Below are positions 63,923 through 64,000 of a DNA stretch of 64,000 nt, in pieces. The stretch lies in contig JAMOUT010000100.1 in the NCBI GenBank assembly GCA_027061995.1, positions 2,211 to 66,210 on the forward strand. The letters are read 5' to 3'. The notes under the pieces are model-generated. The model made no database searches, was not told the origin of the DNA, and saw nothing but the letters and a program-made list of their open reading frames with translations. Position numbers and translations under genes: made by a program. The number at the start of each line of letters is the position of its first letter. The stretch's first letter is position 1. Source of the stretch: Candidatus Aminicenantes bacterium (GTDB taxonomy: Bacteria > Acidobacteriota > Aminicenantia > JAMOAD01).

Positions 63923-64000
63923 TCAATACGGTAAAAGGATACTGACCATGGAAGCTGTCATAAGAGTCGCAAGAAGACCGGCGATAAGTGATTTAAATGC
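63923..64000 (-). CDS. Possible 3' end of a membrane-protein gene truncated by the window edge
   Basis: The minus-strand frame is open from nt 64000 and reads AFKSLIAGLLATLMTASMVSILLPY before a stop (TGA) at 63923-63925. It is too short to classify. Confidence 0.25.
   Translation of the reverse strand, partial: AFKSLIAGLLATLMTASMVSILLPY

Noticed and set aside
1-64000. Scan for mobile elements, prophage, CRISPR arrays, toxin-antitoxin or recognisable defence genes
   Set aside because: No transposase, integrase, Cas or restriction-type motifs were recognised in any ORF of 60 aa or more. No spaced direct repeats were seen in the intergenic DNA.

Overview
Strongly AT-rich, densely packed chromosomal segment from a diderm bacterium with K/I/N/F-rich proteins. 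The gene content (GWxTD, sortilin/BNR, MglAB, Omp85-type proteins) fits an uncultivated FCB-like or candidate-phylum lineage, but I cannot place it from sequence alone. I support about 55 CDS and one ncRNA, a small 4.5S-type SRP RNA directly upstream of dnaX-ybaB-recR. I see no rRNA, tRNA, CRISPR array, transposase, integrase or prophage genes. Most of the window is housekeeping: hup, trmH, rlmB, dnaE, dnaX/ybaB/recR, purM, rimI, gmd, ltaE, arcC, hutI, rtcB, and a complete elongasome operon mreBCD-mrdA-rodA. The best candidate for an undescribed system is a pair of paralogous ~920-950 aa outer-membrane proteins. Each fuses an HExxH (MA-clan-like) metallopeptidase and PD40/TolB-like repeats to an Omp85-like C-terminal barrel, with no recognisable POTRA region. 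One sits at the end of a four-gene envelope operon (GWxTD protein, TPR lipoprotein, lipoprotein, fusion protein). The other directly follows a GspG-like pseudopilin that lacks the prepilin cleavage motif. Other points worth a second look: (1) five sigma70-like promoters whose -10 box ends 5-6 nt before the ATG, implying leaderless mRNAs; (2) a threonine aldolase whose conserved N-terminus lies upstream of the first ATG, implying an ATA start or stop readthrough; (3) an in-phase A_AAA_AAA site in dnaX with an immediate -1-frame TGA; (4) a diguanylate cyclase and a FecR-like gene abutting mreB; (5) a FliK-like protein translationally coupled to RtcB; (6) an mglB-mglA-PP2C module. All functional calls come from recognising motifs in the supplied translations. 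No database search was run.
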